This document shows, piece after piece, positions 25,127-39,307 of a DNA stretch of 64,000 bases (its first letter is position 1; each line of letters opens with the position of its first letter). A program made the translations under genes and the position numbers. Where the stretch lies: NCBI GenBank assembly GCA_028023455.1, contig JAQFVV010000009.1, positions 7,502,001 to 7,566,000 of the forward strand, read 5' to 3'. The notes beneath the pieces were generated by a model. That model was given only the letters and a program-made list of their open reading frames with translations, had not been told where the DNA came from and did not search any database. This DNA comes from Epiperipatus broadwayi. Taxonomy: Eukaryota; Animalia; Onychophora.

Positions 25127-27907
25127 CTTAAACAGTTTGTGTAAGCATAAAAAATGATCATGTGGTGTTTAGTGATTTTAAAATCATACATCTGGGGATC
25201 ATTATATTATCTATTAATTATAACTGCTTGTTTTACTATTTTCAAAGAGAGTCTTAATGAAACATGTTCTCAATCATATGTCTTCTTTATTAGAGCTAAA
25301 ATATACAGTGTAACCTTGATTAATCCAATCTTAACACCCCCCCCCCCCATTTTGCCATTATTCACCTCACTTCCTTATACAATTCATTCCTTTTTGCTGA
25401 ACATGGAGTTTTGTTGGACTAATATATTGAATCTTTAGTTAATGTCTCATTTAGACTTTCGAAAAAAAAAAATCTAACATTTGAAGTCAGTCTTGCCAAA
25501 ACTAACCAAATTTCAAAATATGTATATTCCTCAGTTATAGTTAAAAAAATTGTTTAACTTATTACTAGGCACAATTCCTATTAAAACTTTAATCAATTAA
25601 TTTAAATTGATTCCGGATCCCACATCTTGAGTAATAATCATCTAGAAGATATACACATTTCAAATCTGTCCATACTCATCATTCTTATACCTTTCTGTAT
25701 TTCTTTAGTGAATTAATCTTAAGTATTTCATTCCTATAGTGCCACGTTAATTATTTATATTTTTAGAACCTTTTGGTTTATTTGCTGACGTCAAAAATAT
25801 GTTTAAAAAAATAACAAAGAATGATTTAATACATACTTAGTATTTTGAGCAAATTTTGGCAGTACAGTATATTTGTTTTCAGTTATAAATTAGTTTAGAT
25901 TTAAATTACAATGTGATTAGTATCTAAAGCAAGCTCATTCTTTGGTGCAGTTTTATATAAAGTATAAATCATAATTCACATAAGATATTACAATTTTAAT
26001 TTGAATAATTCTTCATTTGCACTGAAACACTATTATATTGCTTATGTTTTCATGTGTTGCTTATCATATGTTATGGAAATTAACTTTATTTTTTTATACT
26101 TTACTATTAATAAAATTTATTTTATAAAAATAAAAAAGTTGGTGCATTATTGTAAATTATTAGTCGCCCCTGTTCTAGCATTTCACATATTAGGACTTTA
26201 AATTTTATAGAACCCTGAACATTGTTAATATGCAAAATGACTAATAAAATAATGAAAAGGCAAAAGGGGGGGGGTGTATGTGTAGGCAAGATTCGTAGAT
26301 AAACTTCTCTTATTGGGCAAACAACTCAACTTATTTAAATATACAATATTTCATTTGTCCAGGTTTATATATTTTTGAGAAAATATTCCAGTTTCAATTT
26401 AAATGTTATCAGAGTCTTAATATTTTATTGATCTTAAATATAATACTGATTTGACTATATTATGAATTACTGTAGTAAAGTACTATTCATAATAAGTTAA
26501 TTTCTTTAATCTCTTGGAGTACAATGGCAAATGCTAATTTGATTACTTTTAAGATGTTTTGATAAATAAGAAAATCATTAAATTCTCCACAATTCACAAG
26601 TAATTATTTCTCATCTAGTTGAATTAATTGATAAAAATATATCAATTTACAAAGTTCTGGAATTTAAATATAATTGATCATGAATTTAAGCTAACAATTT
26701 GACAATAATAGATCTTTGATACAAAAGATGTTAAAAATACTGAAGTAATTTGCATATGTAAGTTTGTTAAAGGGAAATTCAATTTCATATATTTCAAAAT
26801 TTTTAGAAAGGTTTGAACTGCCTTGTGAAAGATAAAGCCTAGTAATTATATTTTGAATCTGTGTTTCAAGGGCTATTATTCATTAAACATCTTGATTGTT
26901 TAAATGGTAGATGGAACATCACAATTACATAGTTTTTAAATTCATTTATTTAATTTAGAAATTCTATTTGTTTAGATTACATTTTGTGATCACTTTAAAA
27001 TACTATCATGTACATGTGTTAGAAATTGATGACATTGCAATATGTCAATGAAATATTTCAGGATTGCCCAGTATAAGAGTGTAAGCAGGCTGAATTTCAA
27101 ACATGTTGATATCAGTTCAGTAAGTTTTTATTGATGCGTGTGAGATGGCAGTATATTTGTTTTAAAAATAGCTTACACTGAAGTGTTTACTGTTGATTAA
27201 AATAGAGTTTTAATATCTCTTGATTGTAAAAGTTACTGATGTAAAACTATGAAATTTTAATTTCTCTTAATTGTAAAAAGGTTTTTTTTATATATACAAA
27301 ACAATATTGGAGATGATTTTTAATGCTTGTGAATTTCTTTTCAAATATGCAACACTTTTTTTATTGCACCATTGTTTTTATTGTTCATTTTACAATACTA
27401 AAAAACTAAAAATAATATATATAAAAAACATTTTATAAATAGTGCTTTTATTTAATGTGCATTACAAAGTCAATTTTTAAATTTGAATATTTGCAAAAAA
27501 TATTCAAATATTAAGAAGTTACAAAATAATATATTTATATAAATATTTTATAATAAACACCTTTATTTAGTGTACACTAAAAAGTCAAACAATTTTCTTC
27601 AACCATAATTTGAGTTTTTATTTTTAATTTAAAAGTGGGCATCCAGAAATTAATTAATTCAATCACATTCAAATTCTAAAAAATAAAAAAATATTTTATA
27701 AAAAAAAACCACTTATTTCCTATGTACTTAAAGTCAAAAATAATTGGTTTCTTCAAGCACAATTTGAATGTTTATTTTTGGACAGCTAATTTAAGTTAAA
27801 TATACAAAATTATGCTTGAAAAAAATTATTGACTTTTTAGTGTATAATAAATAAACAAAATATCTTTTATATATATTATTTATACTTTTGTCTCTTTTAT
27901 TTTTCAG

Positions 27908-28035
27908 AAATAGATATCAAGTGTTGTGGGAGCTTCAGAGTTTACCGCTCTGTCACTACACTGAACTATGCAGGACAGAATAATCAGTTCAGTAGTGAAT
28001 TAATTGTTTCTAAGATGTTTTTAGTAAAGTATTAA
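27908..28035 (+). other. Candidate orphan exon, product unidentified
   Basis: Strong pyrimidine tract and CAG at 27905-27907, followed by a GC-richer segment. Two frames stay open for 24 and 41 codons. No family recognised. Confidence 0.25.
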
Positions 28036-28865
28036 AGTTGCCTAGAATGGAACTATTCAATGTTAAGTAATCCAAAAGCTGCATTAAAAAATTATCTGAA
28101 GTCTGCATTCAAACTAATAAATGCAGTAAAATTATTGGTTAGATTTAGCCAATATTATTTCAAAAATATGAAAAAGTTATGGTGTTTATAAAAAGTTTAT
28201 TGAAAAAGTTTATCTCAATTTTTGCAGTAAATTTTCTAGAAGTAGATTGTTACAGATAATAATATAAAAATAAATCAATGTGTATTTGAACAAAGCAATA
28301 GTAACACCACTTTAATAACTGAACAGAATTAATTGAGTCCAGAGCATACACGTCAGATCAAAACAATGCAAAACACTTCTTTGACACATATTTGAAAAAT
28401 AGCAATGTAAACTAATATCAAGATTATCGATTAGTGGTAGAATTAAAATCAAACATTTGATTAGAATTATTTTTTTATTTGAAATAAATCAAAGCCTCTA
28501 TGCAGGCCACACAAACTCTTATCACATGCCATAATTTAGAGAGCTCTAATATAGAATTAAGCTGATTTACTGTGTGTTTGTATCTTGCTTTCATCTAATG
28601 TGGTATCATCAACTACTTGTAAATGAGTATGGTTATTCTAAAATAGAAAATGAATATATCCAAGTACACTATATTTTGTCCCTTTGACTTTTACAGTGCT
28701 ACCTTTTTTCATTGAAAGACTTAAACACTTCTTAATTGCAGCATTCTATTGTAGTTTTCTCTTTCAATGAAAATATGTTTGCTTAATTTTTATTCTGTAA
28801 ATGATTTTGCATGATAACCATGACCATAAAATAACATTTTATAAAATTAATTTTATTTTTTTTAA

Positions 28866-30400
28866 CCCATGCACTCCAATTGAAGACTGACAAACATAGC
28901 TTATAATTTTGCTATCAAATTTTCAGAATCTTACAGAGCATTTTAAAATATTTTTTAAATATCTATTTTATTTTGAGGATGGCATTGGAGTGGTTATATT
29001 TAACAAAAGATAAATATATTAATCTTTAACAAAATTTAAAGTTTATATCTGGGCTAGGAAAAAAAATACACTAATCATTATCATAATAATTGATTAGTAA
29101 TAATGATAATATATTTACCCAAAATGAGTGCTGTTGAAAATATGAATGTAGAAAGATTGATACTTACTCATAAAATTGTAGTAATTTGATATTGATAAAT
29201 ACTGAACTAAAAACATGAGATATGGTGTAAGGTATTGGTACAACCAGAAACATCTAGGATGATTTGCCTTTTTAGATGTCTTTATAGTTGCAAGAATATT
29301 TGGTAAAATACACATGGAATATATTTATTTCAAGATAAGTGAAAACTTGTTTTCAAGATTTGTCTATTAGATTAGTAGAATATTCAAATATTTTAAAACT
29401 TCTGTTTAACACTATCATGCTTTAAATGAATTAATAAAGCACCAGAAAAAGGCAAAAGACCTTCGTGATTCATTTATGATGAAGTGATGTCATCACTTGG
29501 CCCAGATCTCTCTGAATACTTTAATATGTACTCCCATATGACCTTAATGTTGATTACTATTTTTTTCAACAAATATATTGTTATTAACAATTTATTAATA
29601 TTGATGTATGTACATAAAAAAGTGATAATTTTTATTAAGGTTATGCAGGAGTTTAATTTTGTCAGAATATTTATTCTTGAATTTATTAATCTGGTCAACC
29701 TTGATACTAATTGATACTTTCTTTTGATTAAACATTTCCAATTTAATCACTTCTGCATCAAGTATAACTGCAAAAGTTTATATTTAAGTAGAAAGAGACA
29801 ATCGTTCTTGAAGGTTTTAAAAAAAATCTGGCAGGGTAAATTTCTAGTCATCATCTTCTTTCTTCAAATGGTAAACTTTATTGAGACTCAAAAAGGATTA
29901 CATGAGATCTTAGATACAAATTGATTCATGATATTACTTATGTAATAGAGATTTACAATCTTGATTGTGGTAGGAAAGAAAATACATAAGATACATATGT
30001 CAATTAGGTTTACATAGAATATTTAAATGTGATATTGAGAAAAAAATATGGAAATACATAAGATGATTGAAAACATATGGGAGGTTGAAGTTAGTATTAG
30101 ATTGACATATGGTCCATAAAAATTGGGCTCATTTGGTGAGAGTACTATAGCTTTTATAACTAAGTCTCATTGTTCATTTGTTACTTAAGTTTATGTGAAA
30201 AAAAATGAAAAAATATTAGTCAGCCTAAATTGCATCTTGGAAAAATGGAAAACACCAGTTATCATAAGTTGCATTCTTTAAAAATTATGGTATTGAGCAA
30301 ATTTTGTGGGTTGAAACTTGAGAACTTGCAACTGTTATACAGGTGAAAAACTTAAGATTTGCTATGGAACAATAATTATATAATTTTTAAAACAAGGTTG
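28866..30400 (+). mobile_element. Degenerate piggyBac-like transposon
   Basis: TTAA-CCC left end at 28862-28868 and KHMGG (YNxxMGGVD-like) at about 30071-30085. Right end not found. Confidence 0.45.
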
Positions 30401-31599
30401 CCATCTTTATCTTATTTCTCATGTTGATCAAATATAAATGTGATTAAATTTTTCTATGTGAATACATGGAATTTTTAAAAAAAACATATGCTATGTAATC
30501 AAGTTTTATTCTATCTTTGATAAGGTGTAAAATTTACCTTTAATAAAGATAGTATTAAGCAAACTTTTAGGATTTGATGCAGGAACTTTTGTAATGAACA
30601 TAGTGACAGGACTAAGATTTACTGCTGAAATTATTATTATTGTTGTTGTTGTTATATACTTGTTCATATGACTGATTTCCACTATACATGAGTTATTGTG
30701 AGTTTACTGGCTTTTACTTTAAAGTTTAAAATCAAGAAACTTATTTTTCTCTCAGATGTTCTTAAATAAAATTTTTGCTTTTTTTTTTGAGAACAAAATA
30801 TATGTGCTTGTTCATTGTCTTTTTTATATATACAATTAATAAGAATTCATTATCAAGTTACTTACATAGATTGCTTTTCATTGATGATCTTTTATTTGGC
30901 ACATACAACTGTAGATATTTTTAGATGAAGGAATATTGGGGAAATATTAATAAGACATCATTGTATTTAGTTCGATTAGAAGGAAAGGTAAAAAACAAAT
31001 GATTTGAAAAATGGAAAGGCATAAATATTGGAAGCACATGTAAAATCTTTTTGGTTGTTTTCTCATCATTGGTGTTCGCCTTAAGATGTCGCTACTTCTA
31101 GGTAAATTCCTAGAAATATACTGTTTCACTGGCCTTCATCCAACTAAAGAGGAATTTTTCTATGTTATAAACGCAGAAAAGTCCTCACGCTAAAAAAAAA
31201 AAAAAATTAGAAAAACACCGTAACTTTAAAGACACACACACACAAAGTCAAAAACAAGATAAGATTAATAAACATTTACAAAAATGAAAAAAAATAACAT
31301 CATATAATAGTATTAGTTAGTAGAATATTTTATTACAAATCTAAGAAATCAGATCTTTTTAGATCAAATCGATCATTTAGGTCCGGCCCGGAATCGTTAT
31401 ATGTATATGTTTTTGATTAGCATGATGAGAATACAAACATTTTTTTTTTTATAAATTTAAAACAAAAAAGTTATGTAGTTTGATAATATATATCAATTGA
31501 AAATATGGATAATTAGGAGTTAAATAAGTCTCTTCTGATAAAGAAATAGATAATTTTTTTTTATATAAATATACAGAATATTTTTCATCAGATCAAACA

Positions 31600-34500
31600 A
31601 CGTTTTAAAATTGTCATGGAAAATTTTAATGTTAATTGAAATAAGCTATCTGTGAATGAATTTGGGTATGGAGACATAAATGAGAAGGGAATATGAATTT
31701 GTGGAAGAAAAACTACACATTCTAATTTTTTAGGAAATAACATCAAGAGAGAAATCCAAATGAAATTGTTGAAGAGTTGGATTATATTTTGAATAACAGA
31801 AAACATGCATTTTATTATTGAAATATTTTTAATAGATTTAATTTGTGAGATGCAAACTAAAAAGACAAAAGTATTAAAAAAGATAATATTAACATTAACA
31901 AGTATTAACTTTCAAAATTATTCCAATAAATTTAACTTGAATTTATAAATCACTTTGAATTATTAACAAACAGTGAAGATGGTTCAGATTTGAATAAGAT
32001 CAATAAAAAAAGTGACAAGTATTCAATAGATTTATAAATAATATGAACAAAAAAAAAATTTAATAAATTTTCTACTGAGTTTAATGTAATGTATGTAAAA
32101 AATAAATCTGTTCAAAAAAAAAGTGAATGTATGGATTATGGTATAGCAAATAAAGCTACAACAGGGAGGTTTTTTTTAAAAAAAGTTTTTACTATTTTTA
32201 AAACAAAAATGATCATAAAATGGAAAAAAATCTACCATGACTATACAGCAAGAAAAATCTAGAAATCAAAGAAATGTGCTTTCAAATGATGAGATGAGAC
32301 ATGTAATTATATCTATGAAGAATTAAAAAGCTCCAGGAAATATTGGGATCATTGTAGATATTTAAAAGTTACAGGTGAAAAAATAGAGAAATTGTTGGTT
32401 AAGTTATACATCAAATGCTTAAATGACCAATATATACCAAAAGTTGATAGAATGCAATATTGATATCAATATTTTAAAAAGGCAAAAAGGAACTATTAGA
32501 AATTACAAAGCTGTTGTTGTATTAGTTCTGTATATTTATTTCGATCATTATAAATTATATGCAGATCAGAGAACTTTAGATTTAATCCAATCAAAATAAC
32601 AAGCTGGTTTAAAAGTGTTTATTGCAATGCATATAACATCCATGTATTATTTATGAGTTTGTGTTATTATTTTGCATTGGATTAATAATCATTTGATTCA
32701 TAAATATTTTTTTGTGCTTAAAGCTTTGGAATATCATGTCAATCAGGATATTGTAAATTCTAAAGAATATCAAAATGCAACAACAGTAATTAGATTACAT
32801 ATTGATAATAATAACATTAATAATGTGAGAGTTTTATGACAGGATGATTTCATTTCTTCAGAATCTTTTGCAGAAAATATTTTGTGGAATACTTAAGGTA
32901 TGTAGTAAAATTAAATAGAGATTTAAAATTTTTAGTTGCAAATGATGTAATTATATTTGCAAACAGTGTTTCAGTTCTTGTATAAGTGTTATAAGAGCTG
33001 GTAGATAAAAAAGGCTGCAGAAAGGAGTTTGCTATTAACTGAAAGGAGACCCTTTGATTCCTCTTGGAGGCCTTAAAGAAACCGAGCAGGGCAAATTCCT
33101 AATGTCCACTCCATACGTTCTTGTCGTTGCAGCTATTATTACTATATGTTTATTCATATAGTATACAAACATGGATGGGCTGCTCACCAACACGCATTAG
33201 CCAGCATGGTGAGTTTATTGGCTTTTTACCTCTGAGTTTAAGATCAAAAAACACCATGATCTTTCTTCTCAGTGCCTGATAAGGCAGAATGAATGTTTGT
33301 GTAAATGAAAAATGCTAGAATTGGTAAACAAATGAAAGATGAAAGTGTTGTAGGTAATTTTGGTTATGGTAATAGAAATGAGAGAGGACATAGACTTGTG
33401 GAGTTTGCAGAGAAGGAAAAACTTTATATTATGAATTCTTTTTTTGAGAAAAATGTTAGAAGGAAATGGACATGGAAGCATCCAAATGAAGGTACAGCAG
33501 AATTGGATTATATTTTGACTAACAGGAAATACATATTTCAAGATTGTAATGTTCTTAATAAATTTAACACAGGAAGTGATCATCGATTAGTAAGGGGTAA
33601 GATACATGTTAATGTAAAACTAGAGAGACAAAAATTATTAAGAAAAACTATATTTACAGTTGATATTCCTAATCTTCAGAAACATTCTAATGAATTTAAA
33701 TTAGAACTTACAAATCGGTTTTAAGTATTAGTAGATTTTGAACATGATTCAGATTTGAATGAAATTAATATGAAAATAACTGATACACTTTTAAAAACTG
33801 CAACAAAGATAGCTGGTAGAAAAAAGCAGCAATTGACTAATAAAATTTCTATTGAGACTAGAGAACTTATGAAGAAAAGAAGGAATATGAAGATATGCAA
33901 GAATAATGCATTAAAAAGAATTGAATATCTCGAATTTTGTAAAATGGTGTGGAAAAGAGTTGAAAATGATATAAGAAAGTATAACTGTGAACTAGTAAGA
34001 AAAGCTGTAGAAGAAAATAAAAGTCTTAAGAATGTAAAACAACATTTTGGTATTGGTAGGAAATTTATATCTGCAATAAGGAAAAAAGATGGAATTATTA
34101 CTAAAAAGAGGGATGACATTATGAAATTGGTAGAAGATTTTTATCAAGAATTATATAGTAATAAAGAACAAGTACCTCCTATATCTATTACATCTTCCGA
34201 ATTGCCCAGAATTTTAAATGAAGAAGTGAGAAATGCAATTAAATGTATGAACAAAGGAAAGGCTCCAGGTAATGATGGAATTATAATTGATATATTAAAA
34301 GAAGCAGGTGAAGAAACAGAAAAAATATTAGCAAAGTTATATACCAAATGTCTAAATGATAAAGATGTACCGGATGATTGGAAGAATGCAGTAATAATAT
34401 TAATATTTAAAAAAGGTGATAAAGAAGATATTAGAAATTACAGACCTATCAGCCTTTTATCAGTTTTATATAAAATTTTTACCAATATAATTACAACTCG

Positions 34501-36130
34501 TCTACAGAGAACCTTGGATTTTCACCAACCAAAAGAACAAGCTGGATTTAAAAGTGGTTTTAGTACAGTAGATCATATTCAAGTATTGAGAGAAGTTATA
34601 GAAAGGACAAATGAATATGAGTTGTCATTATGTTTTGGATTTGTAGATTATGAAAAGGCATTTGATTCTATAAACATTTCTTCAGTGATTAAAGCATTGG
34701 ATCATCAAGGTATAGATCCAGGATATTGTCATATTTTAAAGAATATTTATAAAAATGCAACAGCAACAATTAGATTACATAATGATACTGGGAAAGTCAA
34801 CATTGAGAAAGGTGTAAGACAAGGTGACTCCATATCTCCAAAACTTTTTACAGCAGTGCTGCAAGAAGTATTTTGTGGATTAAAATGGGAAACTAAAGGA
34901 GTGAAAGTAAATGGAGATTATTTAAGTCATTTAGATTTCGCAGATGATGTAGTTGTTTTTGCAAATAATGCTTCCGAGCTGCAGGAAATGTTGCAGGAGT
35001 TATCAGATGAAAGTAGGACTAAAGATAAATGTTAAAAAGACTAAAGTAATGTTTAATCGATTTGCTCAAAATATGAAAATAAAGATTGATTATGATGAAT
35101 TAGAAGAAGTTAAGAGTTACAAATACCTTGGTCAGATTATTAATACAGATGGAAACATAATAGAGGAAATTAATCATAGAATTAAACTTGGTTTGAGTGC
35201 TTTTGGTAGAAATAACTTGATATTAAAAGGAAATATGCCTATGTGTTTGAAAAGAAAGGTTTTTAACAAATGTGTTTTACCAGTTCTTATTTATGGATCT
35301 GAGACTTGGACACTTAATAGAAGATCAATACAGAGACTTCAGACCACTCAAAGAAGTATGGAGAGATGTATGTTGGGAGTAACAAGAAGAGATCGAAAAC
35401 GCAATGTATGGGTAAGAGAACAAACAGGTGTTACTGACCTCATTGAAAAAATTAAAAGATTGAAGATGGACAATTGAAATTTTAAACTGGATTCCAAGAG
35501 ATTGTAAAAGACCCAGAAGAAGACCACATGTAAGATGGATGGATGAAATAAGAAAATGTGTAGGGGTGATGTGGAGAAGAGAAGCTAAAGATCGGAGAAG
35601 ATGGATTAAACTTGGAGAGACCTTCATCCTGCAGTGGATTGATAATGGTTGACAATGATGATGAGATAAAAAAAAAGTAGATAAAAAGAACTAAAACAAC
35701 ATTCAATGACCTTTTTTTTTTTAATGAGAGAGAAATAAGATTTATATTAATGAAATTAATTGCTATAATTATCATTATCATACTATTAATGCAGACAAAA
35801 GCATTGTAGCCAAAATTATTCATAAAGTTGGGTAAGATAGAAATAATTAAATATTAAAAAAATTTATAAAAGGAATTATGCCTATGTGCTTGAAAAGGAA
35901 GGTTTTTAATATTTTTATCCATGCTTATTTATGGATCTAAGTCTTGAATATTAAACAGAAAAATAAAACAGAGAATTCCCACTACAGCCATAATAAAATA
36001 TAACAGATATATGATTAAATTGACAAGTAGGAACTGAAAGCAAAATATATGCATGAGAAAACAAATCGATATTAGTATCATCATTAAAGAATTAGGAGGT
36101 TTAATTGGATATGGGCTATACTTTGATAGA
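31600..36130 (+). mobile_element. Old RTE LINE relic in two parts (about 31600-33011 and 35677-36130), split by a younger insertion
   Basis: Decayed equivalents of ELDYILxNRK (about 31775), KAPG..IxDI (about 32330), IRNY (about 32495) and ANDVIIFAN (about 32940). After the young copy it resumes with KKTK and MPMCLKRKVFN (about 35878). Confidence 0.7.
33310..35667 (+). mobile_element. RTE-clade non-LTR retrotransposon (APE endonuclease + RT), N-terminally incomplete and disrupted
   Basis: ORFs 33305-33724, 33755-35035 and 34953-35477 give TWKHPN..ELDYIL..GSDHRLV, NYRPISLL, DYEKAFDSI, GVRQGDSISPKLF, FADD, KYLG and YGSETW. In-frame TAA at 33722, frameshift near 35010, deletion near 35465. ORF ends at TGA 35650-35652, followed by a (GAT)n-like tail. 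Confidence 0.96.
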
Positions 36131-37188
36131 AGATATGACAATAGATTTACATAAAATTAAAAATACGTAGAGTTCAATCATTTGTGATTTAAAAAGATGT
36201 TGAGATAAAAAACCATGAATTAAAAAGCTGCATTAAAGTGGAATGTTTAACTGACAGCATAATAATGTTTGAAATGGTATAAATTCGAAATATGTGGTAA
36301 AGTTTATGGTTGATCTACAATAAATATTTTTAATTTGTAGATTTTTTTATTTTATATTTCTATCTACTGCTGTGATTAAAAACTGTGAAGATAGTTGAGT
36401 GGAAGAAAGCAAAACGGCGTAAGTTTTCTGTGAATTGTTATTTTAGATAACAGTTTGCTCCAGGAAAATAGTACTTCGTTGCAATATAAAAAAGATAATA
36501 ATAATAACTTATCAGCTATATTAAAATGGAAACAGATTTGCTTTAAAAAGTGAAATCAATGCTGATTTTATTAATTTTAAACAGAATAACATGAAATAAA
36601 TTCTATAATATTATTTTTTAAAAAAAGACTTTGGGAGTAATCTGTACAAGAGTAAAAAAGTAAAAGTGAAATATAATTTGAAAAAAAAAAAAAAAAAGGA
36701 TGAAATAAAGAGTACCACAAGTTTAAATATAATTAAAAGACAGCACAGGATTATTCAGAAAGTAATATGCGCTTTCTAATAATGCAATTTGTAGAATTTA
36801 ATACTGCAATTTTGAAAGTAGAAAAAAAAAAGAGTATAAAGAGTATTGATTTCAAAAATAAATGAAAGGAAATTAGGAACATAATGAAAAATTGGGATAT
36901 TGTTTAATATATCAATCAATATAATGTTATTAGAATAAAGAAATGCTACTTTAGTTGACAATTTGTTTTATGTTTTTATATTGTAAAAAATAGAAAATTA
37001 AACATAATGATCTGTCTATATCCAAAGTTCTCAACTTTTGGTGATAAAGAGTCATTTCTTTTTAAGAATTTGCAATATTTTATTGTTTAAATCAGAATTA
37101 CATGAAGAGAAAGTAATGTAGTCTCAGATTATACATTTTAAAGGTAGAAATAAGAGATATAAAGAATCAGATTATACCTGTTACTTAC

Positions 37189-37364
37189 CCAAGATTATTA
37201 TAAGATTTAGTCAATACTAATAGACGAGTCTTCATACTCAGGTTCACCCTGATTTTCATTATCAGAATTCAGCAGTATTTTCTTAAGTTGCTTTTGTTTA
37301 CATTCAAATAATTTTTCTTTAAGAAAATGTTTTGAATTCTGCCTCAGAATTATGTGAAAAATAA
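37189..37364 (-). CDS. Exon of candidate Mis12-like gene (stop at 37209-37207)
   Basis: TAG acceptor, phase-1 entry, (V)IFHIILRQNSKHFLKEKLFECKQKQLKKILLNSDNENQGEPEYEDSSISID*, and a GTAAGT donor at 37188. Confidence 0.6.
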
Positions 37365-39201
37365 CTAGACAAATTTACAAACATTTACTAACAAATACAT
37401 TGACATTAGTAGTCTAAAGTAAAATTAAATCAAAATTATAAAAGAATGCCATACAAAAACTATCTAACAATAGATTATTTATCAAAAATAGCAATGAATA
37501 AACATATAATGAAGACCAAAAAAGGTAAGGGAAATCTTAAACTGAGTGTCATATAGTGACAATGCTGGATGTAGAATAAATAAAAAAAGTATAAGTGAGA
37601 TTAAATAAATGTTGAAAGGTTGACATCATGCAAAAAAAAAAAATTGTTACAGTCATACTGTTCATGTGAGAAGTTTAAAAGCAATAATTAAATCTGTTCA
37701 GCATTATCCTTCTCAGACTAAATTGTTTTAGTAAGAATCAAAGAACTTTCTTGGATTGACTGATGTGTTATAATTTATTAAATACATCATATATGTCAAA
37801 TTAACAATGTTGCATTATTGTATTATTTGCTTCACTCAGCAATTGTAATAGGAGGTGTAAGTCAGATTGTTTTCAGAATTTTATAAAAAAAAAATCTATT
37901 ACTTTATAAGGTAGGTTCATTTTTTAATAGTAATTTAAAATCATGAGAAAGGAATTGATTTATCTTTAGGACAAAAACAACTTTGCTGTACAGTTTAGAA
38001 CAGTGATAGAATGGTATGCACAAAAGCAAACTTGCTGTGCAGTTTATTACAACGATAGAGAAATAATCAAGAGGTAAAGTTTTAGATCTCTTCTTAACTG
38101 AGTAAAGTTTGATAAAAAAAAGAATCTTGTGCTCAACCTACCACGTTGGTATTCTATCATCACAGAATCTCTTATTCATCTAACCCTGTGATTATTATCA
38201 TTGAAAAATAAAAATGTGGATTATAAGATTTGTTCTATTAAATATGCCTTTCAACCCTTTTAACTACCATATAGTCATCAATAGTTTTCAAAATAATGAT
38301 TTAAAAAGCCCTAGTAGAGATAATTGACTCAAAGTGGTATTATTAATCAGGTTTTGCTCATAAAAAACAAATAAATGCAGTTCATTAGTACACAAGTCAA
38401 TAGTTTCAGTTAAGCAAGAGTTATGTTTTAAATGAAAACTGAATATGAAGTAGCACCATACTAAACTGTATCCATATAAAACAATTAAATTTAGAACAAA
38501 CAGCATCTTAGATCTTCATATTAATAGAAAGAAGCTTTCTATTATATTTGTATTTGCAAAAAAAAAAAGATAGTAATTTTGAAACAGTTATGTTTTTTAT
38601 TATACATATTGTAATGTCTTCTTAGAAGAATATTTGAATATGTCAAAACTGATAGTAAATTCATTTTGTTTGCACAGTGACTTTTCAAAGTTATCTGCAA
38701 AGTAATTTAAGACTTAAGGTCAATAAATTAACCATGAGATTACCGATTGATTATTTTTTAGAACTAAAACAAAATGCTGATATTTTTAAAAAAGAGCAGT
38801 TATTCAGGATTTAAAATAAATCAAATATTTCAACAGCTCTAAGGGTGGCTAAAATTTCTACCAAACAAATTAGAAGATATACATTCTTACAATAAATATA
38901 TTTCTTTTTATATTAGAAGCAAGAAAACAGATTATCTTTATTATTTTAAGCAAAATTCTACAAATATACAAAATATGGGTTTGATGAATAAAATTAAAAT
39001 AAATATAAATTATTCTCATATTATTTTATGGCTATATACAGGAGCACGAATTAAACTAATTAAAAACATTCCAGAATAAAAGTTATTGATATTTTTCCTA
39101 ATTTTACTGTAGTTCCATAAATAATAACTATTGAAGAGAAGTGAATAGTATAAGCTTAAAATGGTAGGAGACAAAACATAAAATATGAGATTATATCAAA
39201 C

Positions 39202-39307
39202 CTGGAAGTTTTTCCTTAAATTTAGTCAGACAGTCACAATATAAGCAATCGAAGAAGTTGAAAACACAACTTATCAGATAAGGATGCTCACACATCTTCT
39301 CTATAAT
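39202..39307 (-). CDS. Exon of candidate Mis12-like gene
   Basis: T-rich tract and AAG acceptor. 106 nt, phase 0 to 1: IIEKMCEHPYLISCVFNFFDCLYCDCLTKFKEKLP. CAG|GTTTGA donor. Phase matches both neighbouring exons. Confidence 0.6.

Noticed and set aside
33269-35823. Minus-strand ORFs antisense to the RTE (33269, 33721, 34144, 35325, 35482)
   Set aside because: Shadow ORFs of the RTE coding strand.
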